Both the position numbers and the translations under genes were made by a program. This document shows, in pieces, positions 1 to 8,749 of a DNA stretch of 64,000 nucleotides (positions are counted from its first letter, which is position 1; the number at the start of each line of letters is the position of its first letter). Under the pieces are notes generated by a model that did no database searches, had not been told where the DNA came from, and worked only from the letters and a program-made list of their open reading frames with translations. Location of the stretch: NCBI GenBank assembly GCA_030603385.1, contig JAUVXW010000003.1:1-64000 (forward strand), given 5' to 3'. Source of the DNA: Promethearchaeota archaeon (GTDB lineage: Archaea > Asgardarchaeota > Lokiarchaeia > Sigyniarchaeales > SOKP01).

Positions 1-249
1 ACTCGACAAGTGAGGGGAAATTTTTTAATGAACAATCTAAAACTCATAGAATGCGCCGACCTACTAGAACGGGGGATTATAATGTAAGAAAACAAAAAAG
101 GGGGTTAATTTATAATTGTTAATTCGTTTATAAAATTAACCAAAATTTCTTATCTTAGAATTCCTATTGGAATTTATTTATCCTTTTCAATTAACTTAAT
201 TTATTTTTTTTAACATAAGAAAATATAGAAATATTGAGATGATCTCTGT

Positions 250-822
250 ATGGAAATTACTATAAAACCTTTATCATCAGATATACTTGACGATTGGCTA
301 TACTTTTTTGAGGAAATTGGTTTTGCAGACAATCCTGATTGGTCGGGATGTTATTGCCGCTTTTATCACTTTGCTGGAAATATTAAGGAATGGGAAAAAC
401 AAACTAAAGAAGAAAACAGAAAAGCATCAACCGATTTGATTCGCTCAGAAGAAATGCATGGTTTTTTAGCTTATTCAGATGACAAACCTGTTGGATGGTG
501 TAATATTAATTCAAGAGAAAAGTTTGCGAAAACGTTTTATGAAGACAATTCCCCCGATTCCCAAGAAAAAAAAATAGCTGGAATTGTATGTTATTTAATT
601 GCTCATACAAATAGAAGGCAGGGTATTGCTAGAAAACTATTAAGATACGCAATTTCACATTATAAAGATAAAAAATATGATATCATTGAATCATATCCAA
701 GGATTGGAGAATTATCAGATGCACATAGTTATCGTGGTCCTATTTCACTATATAAATCTGAAGGATTCATAATCCACAAGGAGCTTGAAGATCTTTTTAT
801 AATGCGTAGATATTTAAAATAA
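250..822 (+). CDS. GNAT family N-acetyltransferase
   Basis: ORF track; acetyl-CoA binding motif RRQGIARKLL, plus CYC and VGWCN motifs. Confidence 0.85.
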   Translation: MEITIKPLSSDILDDWLYFFEEIGFADNPDWSGCYCRFYHFAGNIKEWEKQTKEENRKASTDLIRSEEMHGFLAYSDDKPVGWCNINSREKFAKTFYEDNSPDSQEKKIAGIVCYLIAHTNRRQGIARKLLRYAISHYKDKKYDIIESYPRIGELSDAHSYRGPISLYKSEGFIIHKELEDLFIMRRYLK

Positions 823-911
823 AATTGTTCTTTCTTCTTTTTTTCATAGGATTGGTTAAAAATTAAAATACATTTTCTTATAACGACCTCATTTTCAATA
901 ATAAAAAAAAA

Positions 912-961
912 TCTTGGATCTAAGGGCTCAGAAGTATATCTATGAGCCTTCTTCCAAGACA
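912..961 (+). ncRNA. GC-richer intergenic stem-loop (candidate structured RNA)
   Basis: TCTTGGA 912-918 pairs with TCCAAGA 953-959; GGCTCA 925-930 pairs with TGAGCC 943-948; ACA at 959-961. Confidence 0.25.
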
Positions 962-1112
962 TCGCAATTTTGTCGATCGGATGAAATTATTAACCGAAAC
1001 ATATATTATCGAAAATCTACCGTAATCCTTATATATTTGAAATAAGTATTATAACTTAAAGAAGTTTTTTGTTAAAATAAAATACCTATTATAAATTTTA
1101 AAATTAATTTGT

Positions 1113-1117
1113 GGAGG
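1113..1117 (+). promoter_or_regulatory. Shine-Dalgarno site of the histone gene
   Basis: GGAGG 8 nt upstream of ATG 1126. Confidence 0.75.
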
Positions 1118-1125
1118 AATAAAAA

Positions 1126-1368
1126 ATGGCAAAGAAAGTTTTTGCTTGGAGTCCAGTTCGAAAGTTGATGAAGGATAATGGTGCTGAAATGGTTGCTCGA
1201 GATGCAGTTGATGCCTTAATTGATTATTTAGAAAAATTAGCTAGAGGCATGACCAATAAAGCTCTTGAGATGACGCGCCATGCGGGTCGGAAGAATTTTT
1301 AAAACATCTCGATTTAAAACTTTATACTGACCCTTGGGGATATGGACTTGGCAATGACAATATTATAA
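1126..1368 (+). CDS. Archaeal histone (HMf-like), split: join(1126..1295,1326..1368), 70 aa MAKKVFAWSPVRKLMKDNGAEMVARDAVDALIDYLEKLARGMTNKALEMTRHAGRKKLTLGDMDLAMTIL
   Basis: Manual translation. Histone-fold motifs PVRKLMK, GAEMVARDAV and HAGRK; helix 3 (LTLGDMDLAM) continues in the same frame after a 30-nt insert carrying two TAA stops. Not in ORF track because the unspliced ORF is only 58 aa. Confidence 0.92.
1296..1325 (+). other. Putative 30-nt bulge-helix-bulge (tRNA-endonuclease type) mRNA intron in the histone gene
   Basis: GGGUCG-GAAG-[AA^U]-UUUUAAA-loop-UUUAAAA-CUUU-[AU^A]-CUGACCC: 4-bp central helix, two 3-nt bulges on opposite strands, 7-bp inner helix, exon-exon outer helix; canonical cuts restore the reading frame. 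Confidence 0.82.
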
Positions 1369-1404
1369 AAAATTTTAAGACTAATTAATTTCGAATTTTA
1401 AATC

Positions 1405-1420
1405 TTTTTTTTATTTTTTT
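1405..1420 (+). terminator. Oligo-T tract terminator after the histone gene
   Basis: TTTTTTTTATTTTTTT about 37 nt downstream of stop 1368. Confidence 0.5.
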
Positions 1421-1501
1421 CTATACTCCTACTTTAACTGGATTTTTCTTGCTTAAACTCTATTCAAAAATTTTATAATTTCCTAAAATTTATTTTGTTT
1501 T

Positions 1502-2323
1502 ATGAAAGCAAAGAAATCTGAAGGAGAGGTTGTTAAAGATACACAGTCTCCTAACACTATAACTACATTAAAACGTGATTTTAAAACACTTGGTATTACT
1601 GCGGGATCAGTAATTATAATGCATAGTTCTTTAGGTGAAATAGGTTGGACAGTTGGCGGTCCTGTTTCTGTAATACAGGCTTTAATGGAAACCCTTACTT
1701 CAAATGGCACATTAATAATGCCAACTTTTTCTTCTGATAACACAGATCCAACTGAATGGGAAAACCCACCAGTACCTGAAAGATGGTGGAACATCATTAA
1801 AGATGAAATGCCTGCTTATCAACCAGAAATAACACCTACACGCGAAATGGGAATGATCATAGAAAGTTTTAGAAAATGGCCTAATGTTATGCGTAGTAAT
1901 CATCCTTCTTTATCTTTTGCTGCTTGGGGCAAATTTGCGAAATTTATAATAAAAGATCATAAATTAACGTCAGGCTTAGGTGAACATTCTCCTCTCGCCC
2001 GGATTTATGATTTGGATGGAAAAATCTTATTGGTAGGTGTTAATCATTATAACAATACGTCCTTGCATCTGGCAGAATATCGAAGTGATTTCTCTGGTAA
2101 AAAACATATTAAGAATGGATCTGCGATGATGATAAATAAGAAAAGACAATGGGTAGAATATGAAGATCTAGACCATAATAGTGATGATTTCGAACAGCTT
2201 GGAATAAATTTTGAATCAGAAATCAACTATACATCAGGTAAAATTGGCATAGCAGAAGTTCGATTAATCTCACAACGAGAAATTGTTGATTTTGCTATAG
2301 ATTGGTTTAAGAAAAACCGCTAA
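1502..2323 (+). CDS. AAC(3)/YokD family N-acetyltransferase
   Basis: Motifs IMHSSL, GTLIMPTFS, RSNHPSLSFAAWG, NTSLHLAE. Confidence 0.9.
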   Translation: MKAKKSEGEVVKDTQSPNTITTLKRDFKTLGITAGSVIIMHSSLGEIGWTVGGPVSVIQALMETLTSNGTLIMPTFSSDNTDPTEWENPPVPERWWNIIKDEMPAYQPEITPTREMGMIIESFRKWPNVMRSNHPSLSFAAWGKFAKFIIKDHKLTSGLGEHSPLARIYDLDGKILLVGVNHYNNTSLHLAEYRSDFSGKKHIKNGSAMMINKKRQWVEYEDLDHNSDDFEQLGINFESEINYTSGKIGIAEVRLISQREIVDFAIDWFKKNR

Positions 2324-2442
2324 TTTTTATAATAATATCTTATAATCAGGTTAAATTTGAAGAGAAAAACTTTAATCTTATCTTTCAATTAAACAATTAA
2401 ACTGATTGTTTGAATTTAAAAATATATTCTGGTTGATTAAAA

Positions 2443-3015
2443 TTGACTGAAGGAGAAAATGATGGTGTTTTTCCTTTTATAGAGGGAGAAATCATTGATT
2501 TAGTTGCTACAAACTCTAAATGGGCTAATCTTATAGGCCGATGGATGAATGATCCAGAAGTACGTCAATATTCTCGAAATGCATGGCCCCTTACAATCGA
2601 GGAAATCAAGAAATGGTTTGAACCTTCTTCCGATGATAGTTTGAAGGATTTTGTTGTGTTTACAATTTATCATAAAAAAGATAAACGTCCAATTGGAAGT
2701 GTTGGGTTTAATCATATAAATTGGTTAAACCGCAATGCAAATGTTTTTGGGTCAATCGGGGAGAAGGAATATTGGGGCAGAGAAATAATAGTTGAGGCAT
2801 CAAAATTATTGATTAAATATGGATTTACAGAATTAAATCTTCATAAAATATATGCTGGTGTCTTTACTCCAAATAAACGCTCACTTCGAGCAGCTGAAAA
2901 AATAGGATTTAAAAAAGAAGCTGTATTGAAAGAAGAAGTATACGTTGATGGAGAATATGTAGATGCTCATAAATTTGCTCTATTGAAGAAAGATTGGATG
3001 GAAGAGAATAAATAA
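2443..3015 (+). CDS. GNAT acetyltransferase, RimJ/RimL family
   Basis: YWGR, YGFTELNLHKIYA, NKRSLRAAEKIGFKKE. Confidence 0.88.
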   Translation: MTEGENDGVFPFIEGEIIDLVATNSKWANLIGRWMNDPEVRQYSRNAWPLTIEEIKKWFEPSSDDSLKDFVVFTIYHKKDKRPIGSVGFNHINWLNRNANVFGSIGEKEYWGREIIVEASKLLIKYGFTELNLHKIYAGVFTPNKRSLRAAEKIGFKKEAVLKEEVYVDGEYVDAHKFALLKKDWMEENK

Positions 3016-3016
3016 A

Positions 3017-5587
3017 TTATTTTACTTCCGGTAATATTATAATGAAATTACTTCCTTTAGTATAATCTCCTTTTACTTTATCCTCTACCCAGATTTTGCT
3101 ATTGAAGATTTGGAGGATTTTATTGACTAATGAAAGCCCTAATCCCATTCCCTTAGAACCTTTAAGTTCCCTATTTCCGCTCTTAAAAATAACTTCTTTT
3201 CTGTGTTCAGCGACACCTATGCCATTATCAATAAATTCAATTTTAAAATAGTTTTTTTCATCTATTTTTTGCTTTGAAATTCTTATTGAGATTTCTATAT
3301 TTGAATTTTCATTGTATTTTATAGCATTAATTAACACATTTTCAAAAACATCTTGGAGTAGCTCATTAGCATAAGTAAAATAATTTCCATCAATCGAAGA
3401 AACTGATATGTTTACATTTCTCTCTTCATATGCTTTTTCAACAAAAGTTATCGAATTTCTTAAAAAACTGCCAATCTCAACCTTACGAGTTATAATTTCT
3501 TTTTCTTCAAGTTCAGAAAGTGTACGAACATTAGAAATTAATTTTGAACCTCGACTTACCTGTTTTTTTATTATATCAGAAATACTCTCTATTTCTTTAG
3601 ATTTTTCAGATTCACCTAGTTGGTATGCTATAAGCTCTGCTGAAGAATTTATTACTTGTAGTATGTTATTCATATCATGAGCAAATAGGTCTTTGTAGAA
3701 ATTACCTCTATCATATGCTTCTTTATACTTTTTTTCTGAATGTTTTAAAGCTTCTTCGGTAATTTTACGATCAGTAATATCCAATACAATTCCTTGAAAA
3801 TGTGTTATATTTCCGTTTGAATCCCTTCGAATCCAAGATCTATCATCAAGCCATCTAATTTCTCCAGATTTTGTTATGATCCTATATTCTTGGACGAAAT
3901 TATTAATATCTTCATTACTATAAATGTTTATTTCTTCAGTAACTCTTTGTAAATCATCAGGATGAATAATGTCTTCATAGACCATATTTCCAGAATAAAA
4001 ATCCTCTGGAGTGTAACCCAATTGGTCTACATTTTCAGAAACGAATTCAACAGGCCATCCTTCTGAATTCTTCCAAAGAAAAACAACACCGGGGCTATTA
4101 TTTATTATATATTCTAATTCCTCTAATTTTTTATAAGAATTTTTAACTTCCTCTTGAGCAATTTTTCTGTCATTTATATCTAATACCATAGAACGTGATT
4201 CAATAACATTTCCCTTTGAATCAAATAATGGTTTAACTGATATACTTACCCAAATAGGATTTCCTTCCTTATTTACCATTTGAAGTTCTACATCTTTTAC
4301 GGATTCCCCAACTATAAATTTCCCAAATACTTTTTTAGCTAAAGTTAATCCATAATCTGTATCAGGATATAAATCAAAGACTTTCATTTTCAGAAACTCA
4401 TCTTTCTCATAACCTAGAAGTCTTTCTGCTGCTTTATTACTCCTTAAAATTGATTCATCTGTTCCTATTGAGAAATAGGCAATGGGAGCTTCTTCATAAA
4501 GATCCCGAAATTTCTTTTCTGATCCTTTAATTTTTTGCTCTGTAATCTTCCTTTCAGAAATATCTCTCCCTACAGAAACAATAAGTATATCTCCAAAAGA
4601 ACTCTTAAGTGTTGTTCCCTCATACTCATATGGGATACTTCGTCCATCTTTAGTTATTAGTGGCATTTCAACTTTAAATGTTCCTTCTTTTAACACTTTC
4701 TTAGTTGCTTCTGAAGCACGCTTTAAATCCTCCTCATTATAATATGAATCGGGAGCTTTCATTGAAGCAATTTCTTCATCGCTATAACCACTAACTTGTT
4801 TAAATACGTTGTTCCATCTAACTGCTCTGCCACTCTCAGGATTAAAAACGAAAACAGTATCCGTTGAAGAATTAAGTATATCATCAGCAAATTTTTTTTC
4901 TAAATTAAGAGCAATCTCTGACTTCTTTCTTTCTGTAATATCTCCTCCATATATATTAACATAACCTTCTTGTAGTATTGGTGTGATGTTAAATAAATAA
5001 TTTTTATCACCAAACTCAACTTCCAAAATTTTCGTCGTATTTTCATCAAATGCTTGAACTATAATTTCTTCCAATGATTTTGGAATTTTACTACCTTCAG
5101 TTAAATCGAACAAATCTCGACCTGCTTTATTAATATAAATTATCTTTTCTTTATTCACCCTTAGTACAGGATTTGGGTTTTCTGATGGAAACTTTGCTAA
5201 ATCAGAAATTTGTTTCTCTATATTTTTTCGTTCTGTAATATCTCGTATAAAAATAGAAACTTTATCCTTAGACATATAAAAATATCTTGATTCATAGAAA
5301 TGTTTTTTATCTTTCATTTCTAATTCATATTCAAAACTATGGGGTTGCTGTGTTCTTAATGTTTTTTTAATTAATTCTACAATATTTTTACCGAGATTAG
5401 GTGGTAGAAGTTCTACTACTTTTTTCCCCATAAATTCTTCAGGTTGAAGATATAATTCTTGTTCTTTCCCTCTATAATCTAGAATTGTTGCGTCACCAGA
5501 CACCAGAAAATATAAATCTGGAATCGCTTCAAAGATGGTTCTAAATTTTTCTTCAGATTCTTTAAGCTTCTTTTTAATTGAAGTCAT
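3017..5587 (-). CDS. Multi-PAS sensor histidine kinase
   Basis: Repeated PAS/PAC units ending DITERK; H-box FAHDMNN; N-box NAIKY; DNGIG; GMGLGL. Confidence 0.92.
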   Translation of the reverse strand: MTSIKKKLKESEEKFRTIFEAIPDLYFLVSGDATILDYRGKEQELYLQPEEFMGKKVVELLPPNLGKNIVELIKKTLRTQQPHSFEYELEMKDKKHFYESRYFYMSKDKVSIFIRDITERKNIEKQISDLAKFPSENPNPVLRVNKEKIIYINKAGRDLFDLTEGSKIPKSLEEIIVQAFDENTTKILEVEFGDKNYLFNITPILQEGYVNIYGGDITERKKSEIALNLEKKFADDILNSSTDTVFVFNPESGRAVRWNNVFKQVSGYSDEEIASMKAPDSYYNEEDLKRASEATKKVLKEGTFKVEMPLITKDGRSIPYEYEGTTLKSSFGDILIVSVGRDISERKITEQKIKGSEKKFRDLYEEAPIAYFSIGTDESILRSNKAAERLLGYEKDEFLKMKVFDLYPDTDYGLTLAKKVFGKFIVGESVKDVELQMVNKEGNPIWVSISVKPLFDSKGNVIESRSMVLDINDRKIAQEEVKNSYKKLEELEYIINNSPGVVFLWKNSEGWPVEFVSENVDQLGYTPEDFYSGNMVYEDIIHPDDLQRVTEEINIYSNEDINNFVQEYRIITKSGEIRWLDDRSWIRRDSNGNITHFQGIVLDITDRKITEEALKHSEKKYKEAYDRGNFYKDLFAHDMNNILQVINSSAELIAYQLGESEKSKEIESISDIIKKQVSRGSKLISNVRTLSELEEKEIITRKVEIGSFLRNSITFVEKAYEERNVNISVSSIDGNYFTYANELLQDVFENVLINAIKYNENSNIEISIRISKQKIDEKNYFKIEFIDNGIGVAEHRKEVIFKSGNRELKGSKGMGLGLSLVNKILQIFNSKIWVEDKVKGDYTKGSNFIIILPEVK

Positions 5588-5874
5588 AATAAACTAGTCA
5601 CTTCATTTTTTTTGATCATTATATTGTTTTTAATAAGTAGTATCACAATCTTTATTTTAGGTTTCATTTAATAATCTATAAAATGATCCTAATTTTTCGT
5701 TATTATAACACGTACAATATTAAAAATTAGATTGCATATGAGTTTTTATTTAATTAATTAGACTTAGAATCTGCTTAATAACTAAAAAAAAATTAAAAAA
5801 AAAGAATATAACTGCTTAAAACTTATTTTTCATAAAACAAGGAAAGAAAAAAAAGAAATTTAGGTTTAGAGGGT

Positions 5875-6120
5875 TTATCCCCCTCCTATTGGTGGAAAAA
5901 TTGATACAATATCTCCATCATTAAGAACAGTTTCAAGGTCTTTATGTGGTCTTCCATTGACAATGATTATTGTTCTCCATGCTTCCTTAGGAATCTGATA
6001 TCTCTTAAATAATAGCTTAATAGTACTAGTCTCAGGAACACTTATAGCTTCCTTTGTTGGACCATACTCTCTTAACATCGCAAAAAATTTAACTGTAACA
6101 TTGATTTTATTATTACTCAT
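5875..6120 (-). CDS. moaD: MoaD/ThiS/SAMP ubiquitin-like sulfur carrier
   Basis: Beta-grasp pattern VKFFAMLRE...VNGR...DGDIVSIFPPIGGG with C-terminal diglycine. Confidence 0.88.
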   Translation of the reverse strand: MSNNKINVTVKFFAMLREYGPTKEAISVPETSTIKLLFKRYQIPKEAWRTIIIVNGRPHKDLETVLNDGDIVSIFPPIGGG

Positions 6121-6397
6121 CTTCTTCTCTATTGAAATACCATTTATATAGAACAGCCATATTTCTTGGGAAAATAGCTACAATATCTCCACTTTTTACC
6201 TTTTTTGTAAACCCTGAATATCTCCCATTCACAAAAATATGGATAACCTCATTTTCTTCAATGTTATATTTCTTTAAAATATCAGAAACTCTTAATACAC
6301 TATCATCGTTAATGCTAAGTTTTAATGGTAGACTTCCTGTAATATCGGGTTGTGCCTTTTTCCTTAAATCTCCGAATATTTTTACTCGAATTGGCAT
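6113..6397 (-). CDS. MoaD-like beta-grasp protein lacking terminal GG
   Basis: VKIFGDLR...FVNGR...SGDIVAIFP followed by tail RNMAVLYKWYFNREEDE. Confidence 0.75.
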   Translation of the reverse strand: MPIRVKIFGDLRKKAQPDITGSLPLKLSINDDSVLRVSDILKKYNIEENEVIHIFVNGRYSGFTKKVKSGDIVAIFPRNMAVLYKWYFNREEDE

Positions 6398-6416
6398 TTT
6401 TCAACAAACTAATCTT

Positions 6417-8156
6417 TTAAAACACGCTATCTAACTCATCATCAGTTACATCGAAGACTTCATCAGAAGGGGGAAGTTTCTCTTCCATAAAGAACTCAGG
6501 AAGTCTATCGTCAATAGCCGTAAATCCAGCTCTTTTATTGAAATCCAATTCTATATCAATAATTTGTTTTCCAATTACAGCGACATCATCAACAGTCAAG
6601 TTTGCCCCTAATACACCGTTTAAAGATTCGACAATACCTTCTAATCCTTCTGGTATATCTAAAATTGCAAAAGCAACAAATAAACAATAACCTGTAGCAT
6701 CGAGAGCAGCTGTGGCTAATTGTAAATTACGTGAAACCTCTGCTTTTTTAGGATCTCTTGGATCTACTTTACCTCCTACACCCATAATTTCTGGAGCAAT
6801 AGCGTACCCGGCTGTATGGTCTGCTCCCATTGGTGTGGTTGCATAGGTTACTCCAATACCTTTAATGGCACGAGGGTCATATGCAGGTAATGCTTGTCCT
6901 TTTACAGTTGGAATTCTAGTCACACCTAAAACCTTACCAGTAATTTCGGTTCCTTGAGCTAACATTCTTCCTGTTGGGGTCTTTTTATAAATCTCATTCA
7001 TAAGTTTTAACGCACCTTTACCATCTCCAAACTTGGCTAAACCCCCTTCCATTGATACGGCAAGGGTATTACCTGCTTCAATAGTATCACAACCTAAATC
7101 ATTACATGCCCGATTTAATTCACCAATATCATCTAAGTTATAAATCTCACAATTTGCACCTAATGCCCATACAGATTCATACTCTAAAACTCCAACAGGA
7201 TCCTTTCCACCAGGTTTAGTCCATACTTCAGAACATTGTATTATACAACCTGGACTGCAGAAATGAGGACGAACTCCACCTCTTTTCTTGATTTCTTCAG
7301 CTTTAACCTCACCAGATATTTTTTCACATCGATCATCTTGACCTCTAGAAAAATTCCTTTGGGGTAATCCCTGTGCTTCATTTATAATATTGACTAGAAC
7401 CGCTGTACCAAAAGAATTAAGCCCTCCTTGTGGTTTTGTAACATCGTGAGCTGTAAGTGCTTCTCTTAATTTCTTAATTCCTCCATTAAAAACATCTTGA
7501 TTAGCAATTTCAACTCCAGGGGCGTCAGTTTCATCAACTATTATAAATTTTAACCCTTTGGATGCCATTACAGCGCCAAGACCACCTCTTCCAGCATATC
7601 TACTTGGTAATCCCTCAGGATCATTGAAACAGACTCCTGACATTGCTCCAAGTAGTTCTGCTGCGATCCCAACTCCGCAAATACCAACTTTATCCCCAAA
7701 TTCTTTGAAAAGTGCTTTATAGGTATCATATAGACCTTTCCCTACCCATTTATTAGCATCTATGAATTCAGCTCCATCATTAGTAACTTTTAAAAGGAAA
7801 TAATCATCTCCTTCATGCTTTCCTTCAATTATCATTGCTCCGATACGCATCCTTCCGAGCATTTGAGCAAAATTAGTTCCAACATTAGCCTCTTTAATTC
7901 CTCCTGTTAGCGGTGATTTACCACCCACAGAAAGACGACCAGATGTGGGGGCTTTAGTACCCGTTACAATCCCTGGAGCAAATACAAGCTTATTATGGAT
8001 TCCTAATGGATGACAAGTTGGAGGTACTTCTATTGAAACAATAGTTGAAGTCATACCACGACCACCTAAAGCAGCATAATCTCCCGGTAAGTCTTCAAAT
8101 TTAGCCTCTAGATTAGTCATATTTACTCTTAATATTCTTTTTGGCAAATTTTTCAC
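6417..8156 (-). CDS. aor: Aldehyde:ferredoxin oxidoreductase (tungsten AOR family)
   Basis: KSPLTGGIKEAN, AGRGGLGAVMASKGLK, CSPGCIIQC, EYES, YDPR, DDRLP motifs. Confidence 0.93.
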   Translation of the reverse strand: MKNLPKRILRVNMTNLEAKFEDLPGDYAALGGRGMTSTIVSIEVPPTCHPLGIHNKLVFAPGIVTGTKAPTSGRLSVGGKSPLTGGIKEANVGTNFAQMLGRMRIGAMIIEGKHEGDDYFLLKVTNDGAEFIDANKWVGKGLYDTYKALFKEFGDKVGICGVGIAAELLGAMSGVCFNDPEGLPSRYAGRGGLGAVMASKGLKFIIVDETDAPGVEIANQDVFNGGIKKLREALTAHDVTKPQGGLNSFGTAVLVNIINEAQGLPQRNFSRGQDDRCEKISGEVKAEEIKKRGGVRPHFCSPGCIIQCSEVWTKPGGKDPVGVLEYESVWALGANCEIYNLDDIGELNRACNDLGCDTIEAGNTLAVSMEGGLAKFGDGKGALKLMNEIYKKTPTGRMLAQGTEITGKVLGVTRIPTVKGQALPAYDPRAIKGIGVTYATTPMGADHTAGYAIAPEIMGVGGKVDPRDPKKAEVSRNLQLATAALDATGYCLFVAFAILDIPEGLEGIVESLNGVLGANLTVDDVAVIGKQIIDIELDFNKRAGFTAIDDRLPEFFMEEKLPPSDEVFDVTDDELDSVF

Positions 8157-8224
8157 CTCAAATTATTTTAGCATTATATGTTTGTGATTGATATTTATTT
8201 ATACATTTTCTATTTAGAAGGTGA

Positions 8225-8254
8225 GTTCGATATGTACATAAGACCCTATCGAAC
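8225..8254. promoter_or_regulatory. Inverted repeat upstream of aor (candidate operator)
   Basis: GTTCGATA-N14-TATCGAAC, 69-98 bp upstream of the aor start. Confidence 0.3.
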
Positions 8255-8300
8255 CGAATTTTGATGAATGAAGATATTAGCATTAAGAAAAAACGAAAAA

Positions 8301-8375
8301 CAGGCCCGGGGGGAATTGAACCCCCGATCTTCAGCTTAGGAGGCTGCCGCCCTATCCAGACTAGGCCACGGGCCT
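8301..8375 (-). tRNA. tRNA-Arg (anticodon CCT), intronless, CCA not encoded
   Basis: Cloverleaf: acceptor AGGCCCG/CGGGCCT plus discriminator G, anticodon loop CT-CCT-AA, T-arm GGGGG-TTCAATT-CCCCC. Confidence 0.95.
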
Positions 8376-8459
8376 TACACTATTTCATTTTCCGATGTCC
8401 ATATAAATTTATATTATGGTAAAATGATAAATGAATGTGTACGTAAATTCTTTTTGAAA

Positions 8460-8624
8460 TCATAAGTTGAGATTGCTTCGATAATATGCCACTCCACATA
8501 TACCGCAAAAATACTTATTACCTATTTTAATTGCTTTTTCAATAGGTATTTCTGCTTGACAGTTCATTACACAACACTTTACTGCTTTTTGTTCTCCATC
8601 TTCATCTTTAGATAATTTTATCAT
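8460..8624 (-). CDS. Small Cys-rich zinc-finger-like protein, 54 aa (MIKLSKDEDGEQKAVKCCVMNCQAEIPIEKAIKIGNKYFCGICGVAYYRSNLNL)
   Basis: Manual translation; CCxxxC...FCxxC treble-clef-like pattern; below ORF-track cutoff. Confidence 0.7.
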   Translation of the reverse strand: MIKLSKDEDGEQKAVKCCVMNCQAEIPIEKAIKIGNKYFCGICGVAYYRSNLNL

Positions 8625-8749
8625 TGCTTTAGCTATGAGTTTTTATGTATACACCTATAATAATAAACAAAAGGTTTTAATTAATAAGGTTATAATTAAG
8701 ATTATAAAAGTTTTTTTTATAAATAATTGTTTTTTTGAGTTTTTCAAAG

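Noticed and set aside
1-122. Possible 3' end of an upstream gene
   Set aside because: Two plus-strand frames are open and neither has a recognisable motif, so it cannot be assigned.
976-1000. CGGATGA...CCGAAAC resembling a hammerhead ribozyme core
   Set aside because: The core should be CUGANGA, and no stem II or III pairing is found.
1296-1325. Histone insert explained as a simple pseudogene, stop readthrough or random duplication
   Set aside because: Both exons are intact, with an SD site and terminator. Readthrough would need two TAA codons and would add 10 residues to loop L2. The insert is not a copy of flanking DNA, and the BHB cut rule independently predicts the frame-restoring junction. 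An assembly artefact cannot be excluded without reads.
8301-8375. tRNA-Arg as an integration site
   Set aside because: No integrase and no duplicated tRNA 3' end seen in the window.
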